A stretch of 64,000 nt of DNA from an uncultured Thermoleophilia bacterium (lineage in GTDB: Bacteria > Actinomycetota > Thermoleophilia > UBA2241). Below the pieces are notes generated by a model, which searched no databases, had not been told where the DNA came from, and saw only the letters and a program-made list of their open reading frames with translations. Positions 37,888-48,069 of this stretch are shown piece after piece. Both the position numbers and the translations under genes were made by a program. Within the stretch, counting starts at the first letter, position 1. The number at the start of each line of letters is the position of its first letter. The stretch is from NCBI GenBank assembly GCA_963702475.1, contig CAVPCT010000003.1, positions 160,001 through 224,000 on the forward strand, written 5' to 3'.

Positions 37888-39090
37888 ATGAACCGGGTCT
37901 GGACACTCGCTCGCAAGGACCTGCTGGAGACCCGGCGGGACCGCTTGGCCCTGCTCTTCACGCTGATCATGCCGCTGGCCTTCACGGCCTTCTTCGGCAT
38001 CATGTTCGGCGGAGGCAGCGACAGGCTGCCGCTGGCCGTGTGGAGCGGCGACGCCGGGCCTGCGGCCAAGCAGCTCATCGAGGCCGTGCAGGACGACGAC
38101 GTGCTCAGAGCGCACGCCATGGGCCGGGCCGAGGCGGAGCAGGCCGTGGCCGACAACGAGGTGGCGGCAGCTCTCGAGATCCCGGCCGGCTTCAGCGACG
38201 ACGTGGCCGCCGGCCGGCCGGCTACCGTGACCGTGGTCGGGGTATCCGGGTCCACAGGCGTGCAGACGGCGAGGACCGAGATCGCCGCTCTCGCCGGCCG
38301 CGTCGTGGCCGCCGAACAGGCCGCGCAGGCGGCCGTGGACGCGGCCGGCACCGGCGCCGCGCAGGGTGACGCCACCCCGGAGCAGTTGCGCGAGGCGGCA
38401 CTGCTGATGGCGCGGCCACTGGCGGCGCAGGCCCTCGCGCACCCCGCCGCGACCATCAAGGTCGTCGAGGCCGGCGCCGCCGCCGGTCAGATCCCCACGG
38501 GCTTCGACCTCAGCTCGCCGGGCATGATCGTCAACTTCATCCTGTTCAGCCTGATGACGGCCGGCATCGCGCTCGTCGAGGAACGCAAGAACTTCACCCT
38601 CCAGCGCCTCATGACCACGCACCTGCGGCGCTCGGAGCTCATCGGCGGCAAGGTCGTCGGCATGTTCCTGCTCACCTTCGTGCAGCAGATCATCCTGATC
38701 GCCGCCGGGCAGTTCCTCTTCGGCGTCGACTATCTGCGCGATCCCGCCGCGCTGCTGCTGATGATGGTCGCGCTCTCGTGCTTCGCCGCGACCCTCGGAC
38801 TGCTGATCGCGGCCGTCCTCAAGTCGGAGCAGGCGCTCATCGCCACCGTGGTGCTCACCTCGATGGCAGTGGCGTCGCTCTCCGGCGCCTGGTTCCCGCT
38901 CGAGATCACCGGCGAGACGTTCCAGTTCGTCGGGCACCTGCTGCCCACCGCGTGGATCCTCGACGGGATGCGCGGCATCGTGATGCGTGGCTTCGGCGTC
39001 GCCGATGTCGCGCCTGCGTTCGGCTACGGCCTCGCCTGGGCGGCAGGCCTGTTCGCCGTCGCGATCTGGCGGTTCAGGCTGACGGAGTGA
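37888..39090 (+). CDS. ABC-2 exporter permease
   Basis: KDLLETRRD, EERKNFTLQRL, LSGAWFP, LPTAW. Confidence 0.88.
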   Translation: MNRVWTLARKDLLETRRDRLALLFTLIMPLAFTAFFGIMFGGGSDRLPLAVWSGDAGPAAKQLIEAVQDDDVLRAHAMGRAEAEQAVADNEVAAALEIPAGFSDDVAAGRPATVTVVGVSGSTGVQTARTEIAALAGRVVAAEQAAQAAVDAAGTGAAQGDATPEQLREAALLMARPLAAQALAHPAATIKVVEAGAAAGQIPTGFDLSSPGMIVNFILFSLMTAGIALVEERKNFTLQRLMTTHLRRSELIGGKVVGMFLLTFVQQIILIAAGQFLFGVDYLRDPAALLLMMVALSCFAATLGLLIAAVLKSEQALIATVVLTSMAVASLSGAWFPLEITGETFQFVGHLLPTAWILDGMRGIVMRGFGVADVAPAFGYGLAWAAGLFAVAIWRFRLTE

Positions 39091-39169
39091 GGCTTCGGCG
39101 GCGGCCGCGCGGGCGCCGCGTCCGACCCGCGGCTCCGGACAGGCGCGGGTCGCGGATCGCGCGGTCCCC

Positions 39170-40477
39170 TCAGACCCCGCAGAAACGGATGGCGATGAGC
39201 GCCATCGCGCAGGCGTGGTCGACGAGGTCCTGCACCGGGACGTACTCGTTCTCGCGGTGGGCCGACTCGAAGCCCCCGGGCCCGAACGACACGGTCGGCG
39301 TGCCGAAGCGCGTGAACGTGGCGGCGTCGTGCCAGGAGTCCAGCGCCGAGATGCGGCCCTCGCGGCCGAGCTCGGCGGCCGACGCCAGGGCCAGCCGCAC
39401 GATCTCGTGGTCGAGAGGGACCTCGGCCGGGGCCGTCTCTGCGATGAACGCGACCGTCACGGGGTGCTCGGCGAGCCACGGGTCGGACGCGGCCGCGGCC
39501 TGCAGCCGGGCCGCGATCTCCTCCCGCACTCCCTTGCCGTAGCCCTCAGGGTCCAGCCGCGCGGGCAGGTACTGCGCGTCGCACGTGATCACGCACGAGT
39601 CCGGGTAGGTGACCATCCACTCGCCGGCGTGCATCATGGTCGGCACGATGTCGGGCGGCGCCAGCAGGGGGTGCTGCCCGTCGTCCCGTGCGCGCCAGTC
39701 CTCGCGCAGGCGGCGGATGCCGTCGAGGACGATGCCGGCCTTCTCGATGGCGTTGACGGCGCCGCCCTCGCGCCACCCCGGCTGCGGCATCTCCGCGTGG
39801 CCGGTGCGGCCGGGCACGGTGATGCGCACGTTCTGGGTGCCGCGGCAGGCGGCCCACACGTCGAACCCCGTGGGCTCGCCGGTGATCCCGGCGTCGGCCG
39901 CCACGCCGTGCTCGGCTACGCGGATGCCGCCGGCGCCGCTCGACTCTTCGTCGGTGTTCGTGGCCACCAGCACGTCGCCGTGCAAGCGGACACCCTCAGC
40001 GCGCAGGCACTCGAGCACGTGCACGAACACCGCGATGGCGCCTTTCATGTCGTTGCTGCCGCGTCCGTACAGGCGGCCGTCACGCACGACGGCCTTCAGT
40101 GGGTGGCTCTGCCAGCGCTCGAGGTCGCCGTAGGGTACGGCGTCGATGTGACCGTTCAGCAGCAACGCCCGCCCGCCACCTGCACCCCTCAGGCGCGCGG
40201 CCAGCTGCGGGCGTCCGGCGAAGTCGAGGTCGTACGGGATGACTGGCGACTGTCCTGCGACGAACGGCTCGGGCTCCCACACCTCGACCTCGGCTCCGAG
40301 GTTCCGCAGCCGCGCGGCGAGGATGCCCTGCAGCTTGGCCTCGTCCCTCGCCGGCTCGCCGGCCTCCCTGGCCGTGGTGTCACAGGCGACGAGCTCGCCC
40401 AGCAACCCGATCAGCTCGTCGCGTCCCGCCCCCACGCGCTCGAGCACCCGCTCTTCGATCCGCGTCGCCTCGGTCAT
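39170..40477 (-). CDS. ArgE/DapE (M20) family deacylase
   Basis: LNGHIDAVP, YGRGSNDMKG, DEE, GEP, AHRENE; GGAGGAG RBS. Confidence 0.9.
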   Translation of the reverse strand: MTEATRIEERVLERVGAGRDELIGLLGELVACDTTAREAGEPARDEAKLQGILAARLRNLGAEVEVWEPEPFVAGQSPVIPYDLDFAGRPQLAARLRGAGGGRALLLNGHIDAVPYGDLERWQSHPLKAVVRDGRLYGRGSNDMKGAIAVFVHVLECLRAEGVRLHGDVLVATNTDEESSGAGGIRVAEHGVAADAGITGEPTGFDVWAACRGTQNVRITVPGRTGHAEMPQPGWREGGAVNAIEKAGIVLDGIRRLREDWRARDDGQHPLLAPPDIVPTMMHAGEWMVTYPDSCVITCDAQYLPARLDPEGYGKGVREEIAARLQAAAASDPWLAEHPVTVAFIAETAPAEVPLDHEIVRLALASAAELGREGRISALDSWHDAATFTRFGTPTVSFGPGGFESAHRENEYVPVQDLVDHACAMALIAIRFCGV

Positions 40478-40506
40478 CTGCTCCTCCGGACGTCCCTGTC
40501 TCTGAC

Positions 40507-40640
40507 TCAATCCGTCTCGCTGAGGCCGTACATGTCACGCGCCTGCGCGGGGCTCACGTAGCCGTCGCGCACGTCGGCCTGCACCTCGCTCCGGGACCGG
40601 CGCCGCGGGTCGCCCCAGCCGCCGCCGCTGGAGCGCAGGG
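40507..40640 (-). pseudogene. C-terminal remnant of hydantoinase B/oxoprolinase
   Basis: SSGGGWGDPRRR..VQADVRDGYVS..ARDMYG only; the rest is absent. Confidence 0.6.
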
Positions 40641-40850
40641 CGAACGGGCGCCCGGGCCGCCGCCGCCTGCGGCGCCGCACGGGCGCGTCTCGTCCATCAT
40701 GTCCCGCCTGTGGCAGGAGTGCGATGATGCCCACGAACATCAAGGACCCGGTGACCTGGCCGCCCGCGGAGGCCCGACAATCAGCGGACACAGCCGCGGC
40801 CGGCCGCGCATCCCGCGCGGCCGGCCTCGGCCGTTGTCGCGATGGGTCGG

Positions 40851-41168
40851 CTACTCCGCGCTCGGCTTGATACTGGCGTCCTTGGCCACGGCGAGCTGCG
40901 CCTCGACCTCTATGGCCTTGATGATCCCCGACGGCACGGGGCAGGCCGGGTGCACGAGGTGCTGGGACGCCAGACGCAGCGTCTTGGGCCCCTCGCCGCG
41001 GTAGCTGATCTCCGTGTACGGGTCCACCTCTGTCAGCTCGTCGGCGAGGTTCTGGACGTAGTCACAGTCGGACTCGAACTCGAGTGTCACGCACCGCATG
41101 TCTTTCTGGGTGGCCTTGACGGTGGTGCAGTAGCCGCACACACCGCTGTCGATGGTCGAGGACGCCAT
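40851..41168 (-). CDS. Small Cys-containing conserved protein (DUF6951-like)
   Basis: GVCGYCTTV, ESDC, HPACPVPSGIIKAIEVE; GGGAG RBS. Confidence 0.75.
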   Translation of the reverse strand: MASSTIDSGVCGYCTTVKATQKDMRCVTLEFESDCDYVQNLADELTEVDPYTEISYRGEGPKTLRLASQHLVHPACPVPSGIIKAIEVEAQLAVAKDASIKPSAE

Positions 41169-41252
41169 GTGATCTCCCTGTCAGCGCGTTGAAAACGTCT
41201 GGGCGATGGTACCCGCGGTGTGGCAGACGCATGCGCGCGACGGAACTTGCGC

Positions 41253-41645
41253 GACTGCTGCGGGAAGCGAGCCTGTCCGCGAGTGGCTGCTTGAGCTGTC
41301 GCGTGAAGACCGACGTGCCGTCGGATTCGACATCAAGACGGCGCAGCACGGCTGGCCGATCGGGATGCCGCTCGTCCGAAGGCCCGAGTCAGGTCTGTGG
41401 GAGGTGCGCTCCCATCTCGAAGACGGCATCGCCCGCTGAAGCAGTCGCCGTCAAGTTCGTGATCGCTTCTCACATCGCCCGCGAAACGGAGCGTGGACAC
41501 ATCTCCCAGTCGAAGCTCGCTCGACGCATGACGACGAGTCGCTCCGCGGTAGAGCGTCTGCTGGAGCCGACGAACCCCTCAGTGACCCTGCAGACGCTGG
41601 AGCGAGCCGCGAGCGCAGTCGGCAAGAGGCTCAAGATCCAGCACG
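41253..41645 (+). pseudogene. Decayed RelE/Gp49-like toxin fragment joined to an XRE antitoxin C-terminal fragment
   Basis: TAAGSEPVREWL..DIKTAQHGWPIGMPLVR..LWEVRS*, followed directly by AEAVAVK..SKLARRMTTSRSAVERLL..SVTLQTLERAA. Confidence 0.75.
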
Positions 41646-41784
41646 AGGACCGTCGACTCTCGTCAGGGTTCAACGTCACCCGTCCGGCCCGCTTGTCACC
41701 GGTGCTTCTCGGGCGATTGCACGGTAGCTTCGTTCCCATCCCGTACAGCAGGAGTCCCAGCGGGTCTCGCCCCATGCGCCGGTG

Positions 41785-41809
41785 GGTAAGGTAGTAAGGC
41801 AACCTTACC
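41785..41809 (+). promoter_or_regulatory. Alternating-palindrome operator of the AbrB/PemK module
   Basis: GTAAGG (41786), GTAAGG (41794), CCTTAC (41803). Confidence 0.6.
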
Positions 41810-41828
41810 AACCTCACGGAGGCGGACC

Positions 41829-42065
41829 ATGTCCACGCGAGCGGTGAGCAAGATGACGAGCAAGAACCAGATCACCGTGCCGGCGGCCGTCCGCCGGGCC
41901 CTCTGCCTCGAGAACGGCGAGTCGCTGGTGTTCGCGATCGGCGACGACGGCGTGGTGACGGTGAGCAAGGCAGTGCCGCTGGACGTTCCCTTCGCCGAGG
42001 CGCTGGGCCCCCTGCTTGCGGAGTGGGACTCCGACGAGGACGACGAGGCCTACCGTGACCTTTGA
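41829..42065 (+). CDS. AbrB/MazE family antitoxin
   Basis: SKMTSKNQITVPAAVRRAL; acidic tail EWDSDEDDEAYRDL; GGAGG RBS. Confidence 0.88.
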   Translation: MSTRAVSKMTSKNQITVPAAVRRALCLENGESLVFAIGDDGVVTVSKAVPLDVPFAEALGPLLAEWDSDEDDEAYRDL

Positions 42066-42405
42066 GCAGTGGGACGTGGTCGTGGTGCCGTTCCCGTTCA
42101 CAGACCGGGCTGTGGCACGCCGCCGGCCGGCGCTCGTCATTTCGCGGCCGGCGCCGCTCGGCCCCGTCGTAGGGCACAGCGTCCTCGCGATGATCACCAG
42201 CGCCGGCCACCGGCGCTGGCCTCTGGACGTGCCGCTGAGCGATCTGCGGAGTGCCGGGCTGCCCGCACCCTCCGTTGTGCGCATGAAGCTCTTCACGCTC
42301 GACGACCGCCTCGTGGAGCGCACGGCGGGGAAGCTGACGCCGGGCGATGCTCGGGCCGTGACCGAGTCCCTGGCCGAGGTGCTCGGACCGCTGCCCGGGG
42401 ATTGA
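42055..42405 (+). CDS. PemK/MazF family toxin
   Basis: DVVVVPFPFTD..RRPALVIS..LAMITS..SVVRMKLFTLD; overlaps antitoxin stop. Confidence 0.88.
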   Translation: MTFEQWDVVVVPFPFTDRAVARRRPALVISRPAPLGPVVGHSVLAMITSAGHRRWPLDVPLSDLRSAGLPAPSVVRMKLFTLDDRLVERTAGKLTPGDARAVTESLAEVLGPLPGD

Positions 42406-42601
42406 GGAGTGGCTGCGTACTCTCGAATCCGGCCCGGCGCACCTCGGAGTCGGGGAAGGCGTCCTCACCTCCGTGGGTGCATCGCAGTGTCACTGCGCGA
42501 GCTGGCCGCAACCACGGCGCGCCACGAGGCGCGGCGTCGGCCGCAGCGTGTGGTCCAATCTGCACCCTGTCGCCAACGGCGACATGGGTGATGGTCGTAT
42601 A

Positions 42602-42621
42602 TGTACCGAAAGTGGTACACT
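42602..42621 (+). promoter_or_regulatory. Palindromic operator overlapping a -10 element
   Basis: TGTACC-N6-GGTACA (42602-42619) overlapping TACACT (42616-42621). Confidence 0.6.
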
Positions 42622-42627
42622 TTGTGA

Positions 42628-42756
42628 GTGAGCGGAGCGAGGGAGATCCCATCCTGGACGGCGCAGTACGGCTGGCCCCTCGGGATGCCGCTCATCGGCG
42701 AGTTCGAGCCAGGCCTGCGGGAGGTGCGCTCCCGCGTCGACCTGCACGAGAGGTGA
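42628..42756 (+). pseudogene. Internally deleted RelE/Gp49-like toxin
   Basis: Only a start segment and TAQYGWPLGMPLIGEFEPGLREVRSR remain; paralogous to 41338-41415. Confidence 0.65.
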
Positions 42757-42761
42757 GACGG

Positions 42762-43046
42762 ATGACCAGCAAGCACATCGGCGGCGATTTCGACGACTTC
42801 CTGCGCGACGAGGGCATCCTTGATGACGCCGAGGCGGTCGCGGTCAAGCGCACGATCGCCTTTCAGATCGCCCGAGAGATGGAACGTGAGCACATCTCCC
42901 GGTCGGAGCTCGCGCGACGCATGAAGACGAGCCGCTCTGCAGTCGAGCGCCTGCTTGATCCGATGAACCCCTCAGTGACGCTTCAGACGCTTGAGCGCGC
43001 CGCGAGCGCGGTCGGCAAGAGGCTGAAGATCCAGCTGACCACGTAG
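42762..43046 (+). CDS. XRE/HTH antitoxin (intact)
   Basis: KHIGGDFDDFLRDEG..AVKRTIAFQI..SELARRMKTSRSAVERLLDP..VTLQTL. Confidence 0.85.
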   Translation: MTSKHIGGDFDDFLRDEGILDDAEAVAVKRTIAFQIAREMEREHISRSELARRMKTSRSAVERLLDPMNPSVTLQTLERAASAVGKRLKIQLTT

Positions 43047-43098
43047 GGTGGAGCAGCGGCGGTCCACGCTTGGTCCGACGGATCTGGATTGGGCAGCG

Positions 43099-44535
43099 TC
43101 ACGGCAACGCCGCCACCGCCCGCTCGATGAGCCGCAGAAGCGGCGACGGGAACACGCCGAAGACGATGAGCGCGACGGTGAGGACGGCGAGGACGACGCC
43201 GGAGGCGGCGCCGACCGCCGTCCGCACGCTCTTCTCGTCGGGCTCGCGCACCCACATCGCCACGATGACCCGCGTGTAGTAGTAGATGCTCACGGCGCTG
43301 GTCAGCACCAGCACGATCACCAGCGCCCACAGCCCCGCCCCGGCGCCGGCCGTCACCAGATAGAACTTGCCGATGAAGCCCATCGTCAGCGGCATGCCGG
43401 CCAGCGACAGCAGGGCGACGGTGAATGCTGCGGCCGTCCAGCGGCGCGTGCGCGCGATGCCGCGGTAGTCGTCGATCCACTCGGCCTCGCGCTCCGGTAT
43501 GGACAGCGCCGTGACCACGCCGAACGCGACGAGCGACGTCGCGAAGTAGGCGAACAGGTAGAAGGTGACCGCCACAGGCGCGCGCTCGCCGGCCGCGAGG
43601 AACGCGACCAGGATGTACCCCAGGTGGGCGATGGACGAGTACGCCAGGATCCGCTTGACGTTGTCCTGGCGCAGCGCCAGCAGGTTGCCGGCCACCATGG
43701 AGGCGATGGCGACCGCGGCGAAGACCCAGAACAGCGTCGAGCCTGTGTCCTCGCTCACCGGGCTGAAATAGCGCAGCAGCAGGGCGACCATGGCGCCCTT
43801 GGACACGGTGGCGATGTACGCCGTCACCGGCGCGGGGGCGCCCTGGTAGACGTCCGGTGTCCACATGTGGAACGGGACGACGGCGAGCTTGAAGCCGACG
43901 CCTCCGAGCATGAGGACCACGCCGAGGACGACGACGGCGTCGGCGCCGGAGAGCCCCGACGCCAGGAGCGGCCGCAGGCCCTCGACCGTCATCTGGCCGG
44001 TCTGGGCGTAGACGAGCGCCATGCCGAACACGAGGAAGGCGGAGGTGGCTCCGGCCAGCACCAGGTACTTCACCGCGGCCTCCACCACCTTCTCGCGGTA
44101 GATGGGGTACACGATGAGCGCGTACAGCGACACGCTGAGGAGCTCGAGCCCCAGGAAGAAGGTGGCGAAGTGCGTGCTGGCCACCAGCGTGGCGCCGCCC
44201 AGCGTCGCCGTGAGCAGCAGCACGTAGTACTCCTCCGGCGGCACGCCGCGGCGCTGCAGGTACCGGTACGAGAGCAGCGCCACGGCTGCGGTCGCGCCGG
44301 CCAGCAGGCCGATGTAGAGCAGCGTGTAGTCGTCCATGAGGAGCATCGGCGTGACCTGGCGCTTGGCCTGGCCGGCGGCCACGAAGAGCGAGCCGACGGT
44401 GGCGGCGAGGCCGAGCAGCGTGAGGACGAGCGCCAGCAGGTGCGAGCGGTAGAACGCCGCGGCGAGCATCACCGCCACGGACGCGACCGTGAGCACCAGC
44501 AGGGGCAGCAGGGTGACGAGGTCGGCGGCGGTCAC
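43099..44535 (-). CDS. nuoN: NADH-quinone oxidoreductase subunit N
   Basis: EAAVKY, FKLAVVPFHMWTPDVYQGAP, KRILAYSSIAH. Confidence 0.95.
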   Translation of the reverse strand: MTAADLVTLLPLLVLTVASVAVMLAAAFYRSHLLALVLTLLGLAATVGSLFVAAGQAKRQVTPMLLMDDYTLLYIGLLAGATAAVALLSYRYLQRRGVPPEEYYVLLLTATLGGATLVASTHFATFFLGLELLSVSLYALIVYPIYREKVVEAAVKYLVLAGATSAFLVFGMALVYAQTGQMTVEGLRPLLASGLSGADAVVVLGVVLMLGGVGFKLAVVPFHMWTPDVYQGAPAPVTAYIATVSKGAMVALLLRYFSPVSEDTGSTLFWVFAAVAIASMVAGNLLALRQDNVKRILAYSSIAHLGYILVAFLAAGERAPVAVTFYLFAYFATSLVAFGVVTALSIPEREAEWIDDYRGIARTRRWTAAAFTVALLSLAGMPLTMGFIGKFYLVTAGAGAGLWALVIVLVLTSAVSIYYYTRVIVAMWVREPDEKSVRTAVGAASGVVLAVLTVALIVFGVFPSPLLRLIERAVAALP

Positions 44536-46166
44536 GGCGAGGCCTCCGACGCGGTGCCGCTCGCACCGTCGGCGGCGTCAGCGGTCGCGCCGCCAGCGCC
44601 GGCTTGCACGGCACCGGCCTGTGCGGCCTCAGCCTCACCCCGGTCGAGCGCACTCCCGGCCGTGAGCTGCTGCACGGCGGTCACCGCCTGCCGCGCCGTT
44701 GTGATCACCGGCTGCGGGTAGAACCCGAGCACCACGAGCGCCGCGATCATTGCGCCGAACATGCCCAACTCCCGCGGCCCCAGGTCCGGCATCTTCCAGC
44801 CGTGCGTCTCCTTGCCCTGGAAGGCGCGCTGCATGATCCATAGCGAGTAGACGGTCGCGAACACCAGGCCCACGGCGCCGAGCACGGTCGCCCACTTCGC
44901 CACCTGCCAGGTGCCGGCCAGGATGAGGAACTCGGCCACGAAGTTGCCCAGGCCGGGGATGCCGAGCGACGCCATGGCGAAGAACATGCCGACGCCGCCC
45001 ATCTTCGGCGCCACCCACCAGAGGCCGCCCATCTTGTCCATGTCGCGGGTGTGGATGCGGTCCTGCAGGGCGCCCACCAGGATGAAGAGGGCGCCCGTGG
45101 AGAGGGCGTGGCAGACGAGTTGCAGCACCACGCCCTGCAGCGCCAGCTCGTTCCAGGCGAAGATGCCGAGCAGGGCGAAGCCCATGTGGCTCACGCTGGT
45201 GTAGGCGACGAGCCGCTTCAGGTCGGTCTGCGCGTAGGCCATGATGGCGCCGTAGATGATGCCGATCACCGCGAGCACCATGCCGATGGTGCGGAACTCG
45301 GCGACCGCGTCGGGGAACAGCGGCACCATGAAGCGGATCATCCCGTAGGCGCCGATCTTGATGAGCACGCCGGCCAGGATGACGGAGCCGGCGGTCGGCG
45401 CCTCGGTGTGCGCGTCGGGCAGCCAGGTGTGCAGCGGGAAGGCCGGGAGCTTGACCGCGAAGGCCGCGAAGAAACCGAGCATCAGCAGCATTGCGGTTGA
45501 CGAAGCGAGGCGTGTCCCGAGCAACTGCGTGAAGTCGAAGGTGTACACGCCGGTCTGGCGCCCGTGGATGAAGTACAGGGCGAGGATGGCGAGCAGCATC
45601 AGCAGCCCGCTCGCCTGGGTGAAGATGAAGAACTTGACGGCCGCGTAGACGCGCCGCTCGTGGCCCCAGAGCGCGATCACGAAGTACATCGGGATGAGCA
45701 TCATCTCGAAGAAGAAGTAGAAGAGGAACAGGTCGAGGGAGAGGAACACGCCGGCCAGGGCGGCGACCGTCCAGAGCAGCACGAAGTGGAAGAGCCCGAC
45801 GCGCTTCGTGATGCCGCGCCAGGAGCAGAGCACGGCCAGGAGGCCGAGGGCGAACGTGAGCAGCAGCATGATGAGCGTGAGGCCGTCCTCGGCGACGAAG
45901 AAGCTGATGCCGAGCGACGGGATCCACTCGTAGCGCAGGTGTTCGAGCCAGGCGCCCTGGACGAGGCCCGCGGCGCCGGCGCCGCGGGCCGTGAAGGCGG
46001 CGCGCAGCGTGCCCGCCTCCGCCGCCCAGTGCCAGGCGACGAGCACGAGCGGCGCGGCCGTGCCGAGCACGGCGATCCAGCGCGCCGCCGCCGACGAGCG
46101 GCGGGCTACGAGCCAGGCGAGCGGCGCCGCCACGGCCGGGATGAGGATGTACGCGAGCATGATCAT
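44532..46166 (-). CDS. nuoM: NADH-quinone oxidoreductase subunit M
   Basis: FFEMMLIP, VKLPAFPLHTWLPDAHTEAP, AYTSVSH, PGLGNFVAE. Confidence 0.95.
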   Translation of the reverse strand: MIMLAYILIPAVAAPLAWLVARRSSAAARWIAVLGTAAPLVLVAWHWAAEAGTLRAAFTARGAGAAGLVQGAWLEHLRYEWIPSLGISFFVAEDGLTLIMLLLTFALGLLAVLCSWRGITKRVGLFHFVLLWTVAALAGVFLSLDLFLFYFFFEMMLIPMYFVIALWGHERRVYAAVKFFIFTQASGLLMLLAILALYFIHGRQTGVYTFDFTQLLGTRLASSTAMLLMLGFFAAFAVKLPAFPLHTWLPDAHTEAPTAGSVILAGVLIKIGAYGMIRFMVPLFPDAVAEFRTIGMVLAVIGIIYGAIMAYAQTDLKRLVAYTSVSHMGFALLGIFAWNELALQGVVLQLVCHALSTGALFILVGALQDRIHTRDMDKMGGLWWVAPKMGGVGMFFAMASLGIPGLGNFVAEFLILAGTWQVAKWATVLGAVGLVFATVYSLWIMQRAFQGKETHGWKMPDLGPRELGMFGAMIAALVVLGFYPQPVITTARQAVTAVQQLTAGSALDRGEAEAAQAGAVQAGAGGATADAADGASGTASEASP

Positions 46167-46173
46167 CCCGGCC

Positions 46174-48066
46174 TCACCTGAGCACCACGAACGCGAGCAG
46201 GACGACGAGTCCCACGCCGGCCACGCCGAGGTACAGGCGCAGCAGGCCGGTCTGCGTGGCGCTGAGCGCGCGCCAGGCGGCCACGTTGAGCCAGGCGATG
46301 CCTTCGACGGCCGGCTCCACGAGGTCGTGGCGCGCCCAGTGCGCGAACCACTTCACCGGGATCACGAAGACGTACTCGTAGGCCACGTCGAAGCCCCAGT
46401 CGGCGCGCCACCAGGCCGAGACGCCGGCCACGAACGGGCGCGCGGCGAACGCGTCGGTCCGCGCGCGCCAGCGCAGCCACAGGAGGTACGAGGCGTAGAT
46501 GCCCAGCGCCACCACGCCGATGGTGACGAGCGCCGCGGCCCAGGTCTCGGCCCACGCCCCCTCCGCCCACGGCATGTGCGGCAGGACGGTGTCGAGGAAG
46601 TCCTCCAGCGGGTGGAACCCGAGCAGCCACTCCGGCATCCACACGAGGCCGCCGAGCACGGCCAGCGTGGCCAACACGTAGAGCGGCACCATCTGCCGCC
46701 GGCGCGGCCGCCGCGTGACTTCCGTGTGCTGCTCGCCGAAGAAGACGATCCAGACGAGGCGGAACGAGTAGAGGGCCGTGACGAACGCCCCGATGATGGC
46801 CCCCGCGTAGAACCAGGCGCTGCCGTCCACGCTCCCGAGGCTGGCGGCGATGATGAGGTCCTTGCTGTAGAAGCCGTCGGTGACGAACGGCAGGGCGGCC
46901 AGGGCCGCGGCGCCGACGACGAACGTCCAGAACACGCCCGGCATCTGCTTGCGCAGGCCGCCCATCTTGAAGATGTCGTGCTCGTCCGCCAGCGCCTCGA
47001 TGATCACCCCGGCGCACAGGAACAGCAGGGCCTTGAAGAAGGCGTGCGTCATGAAGTGGAACACGCCGGCCTCCCAGCCCGACACGCCGAGAGCCAGGAA
47101 CATGTAGCCGATCTGGCTCACGGTGGAGTAGGCGAGGGCGCGCTTGAGGTCCTTCTGCACGAGCGCGCTGAAGCCGGCCAGCAGCAGCGTGACGGTACCG
47201 ACGATGGCGACCGTCAGCCGGGCGTCGGGTGCGAGGATGAAGATGACGTTCGTGCGCGCGATGAGGTACACGCCGGCCGTGACCATGGTGGCGGCGTGGA
47301 TGAGCGCGCTGACCGGCGACGGGCCGGCCATGGCGTCGGGGAGCCACGTCTGCAGGGGCACCTGGGCGGACTTGCCCACGGCTCCGCCCAGGATCAGCAT
47401 CCCGGCCCAGACGGCGACGGCGGAGCCGGGCGCCCACTGCGCCGCGGCGGCGTCCATGAGCGGCTGGATCTGCAGCGTGCCGAGCTGGGTGACCAACAGG
47501 AAGAGGCCGGCGATGAGCGCCGTGTCACCCACTCGGGTGACGATGAACGCCTTGCGGCCGCAGTACACGTTCTGCGGGTCCTCCTGCCAGAACGCGATGA
47601 GCAGGTAGCTGCAGAGACCGACGCCCTCCCAGCCCAGGTACAGGAGCAGGAGGTTGTCGGCCAGCACCAGGACGAGCATCGCGGCCACGAACAGGTTCAT
47701 GTACATGAAGAACCGCGTGTAGCCCTTGTCGTGCTCCATGTGCTCGGTGGCGTACAGGTGGATGAGGAAGCCGACGCCGGTGATGACCAGCACCCAGACG
47801 ACGCTGACAGCGTCCAGGTACAGGCCGATGGTGGGGGCGAAGCCGGCGACGCTGAACCAGGTCCACAGGACCTGGTGGTAGGCGTCGCCGGCCGGCGGCG
47901 AGGCGATGAAGCTGCCGCAGACGACGAAGGCGACCAGCGCCGAGAGTCCTACGGACCCGGCGCCGATCCACGCCGTGGCCGTGCGGCTCAGGCGGCCGTT
48001 GAGCAGCGTGAGCACGACGAAGCTCGCGGCGGGCAGGGCGGGCACGAGCCAGAGAAGCTGCAGCAT
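46174..48066 (-). CDS. nuoL: NADH-quinone oxidoreductase subunit L
   Basis: GWEGVG, GKSAQVPLQTWLPDAMAGPSPVSALIHAATMV, THAFFKA. Confidence 0.95.
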   Translation of the reverse strand: MLQLLWLVPALPAASFVVLTLLNGRLSRTATAWIGAGSVGLSALVAFVVCGSFIASPPAGDAYHQVLWTWFSVAGFAPTIGLYLDAVSVVWVLVITGVGFLIHLYATEHMEHDKGYTRFFMYMNLFVAAMLVLVLADNLLLLYLGWEGVGLCSYLLIAFWQEDPQNVYCGRKAFIVTRVGDTALIAGLFLLVTQLGTLQIQPLMDAAAAQWAPGSAVAVWAGMLILGGAVGKSAQVPLQTWLPDAMAGPSPVSALIHAATMVTAGVYLIARTNVIFILAPDARLTVAIVGTVTLLLAGFSALVQKDLKRALAYSTVSQIGYMFLALGVSGWEAGVFHFMTHAFFKALLFLCAGVIIEALADEHDIFKMGGLRKQMPGVFWTFVVGAAALAALPFVTDGFYSKDLIIAASLGSVDGSAWFYAGAIIGAFVTALYSFRLVWIVFFGEQHTEVTRRPRRRQMVPLYVLATLAVLGGLVWMPEWLLGFHPLEDFLDTVLPHMPWAEGAWAETWAAALVTIGVVALGIYASYLLWLRWRARTDAFAARPFVAGVSAWWRADWGFDVAYEYVFVIPVKWFAHWARHDLVEPAVEGIAWLNVAAWRALSATQTGLLRLYLGVAGVGLVVLLAFVVLR

Positions 48067-48069
48067 CCC

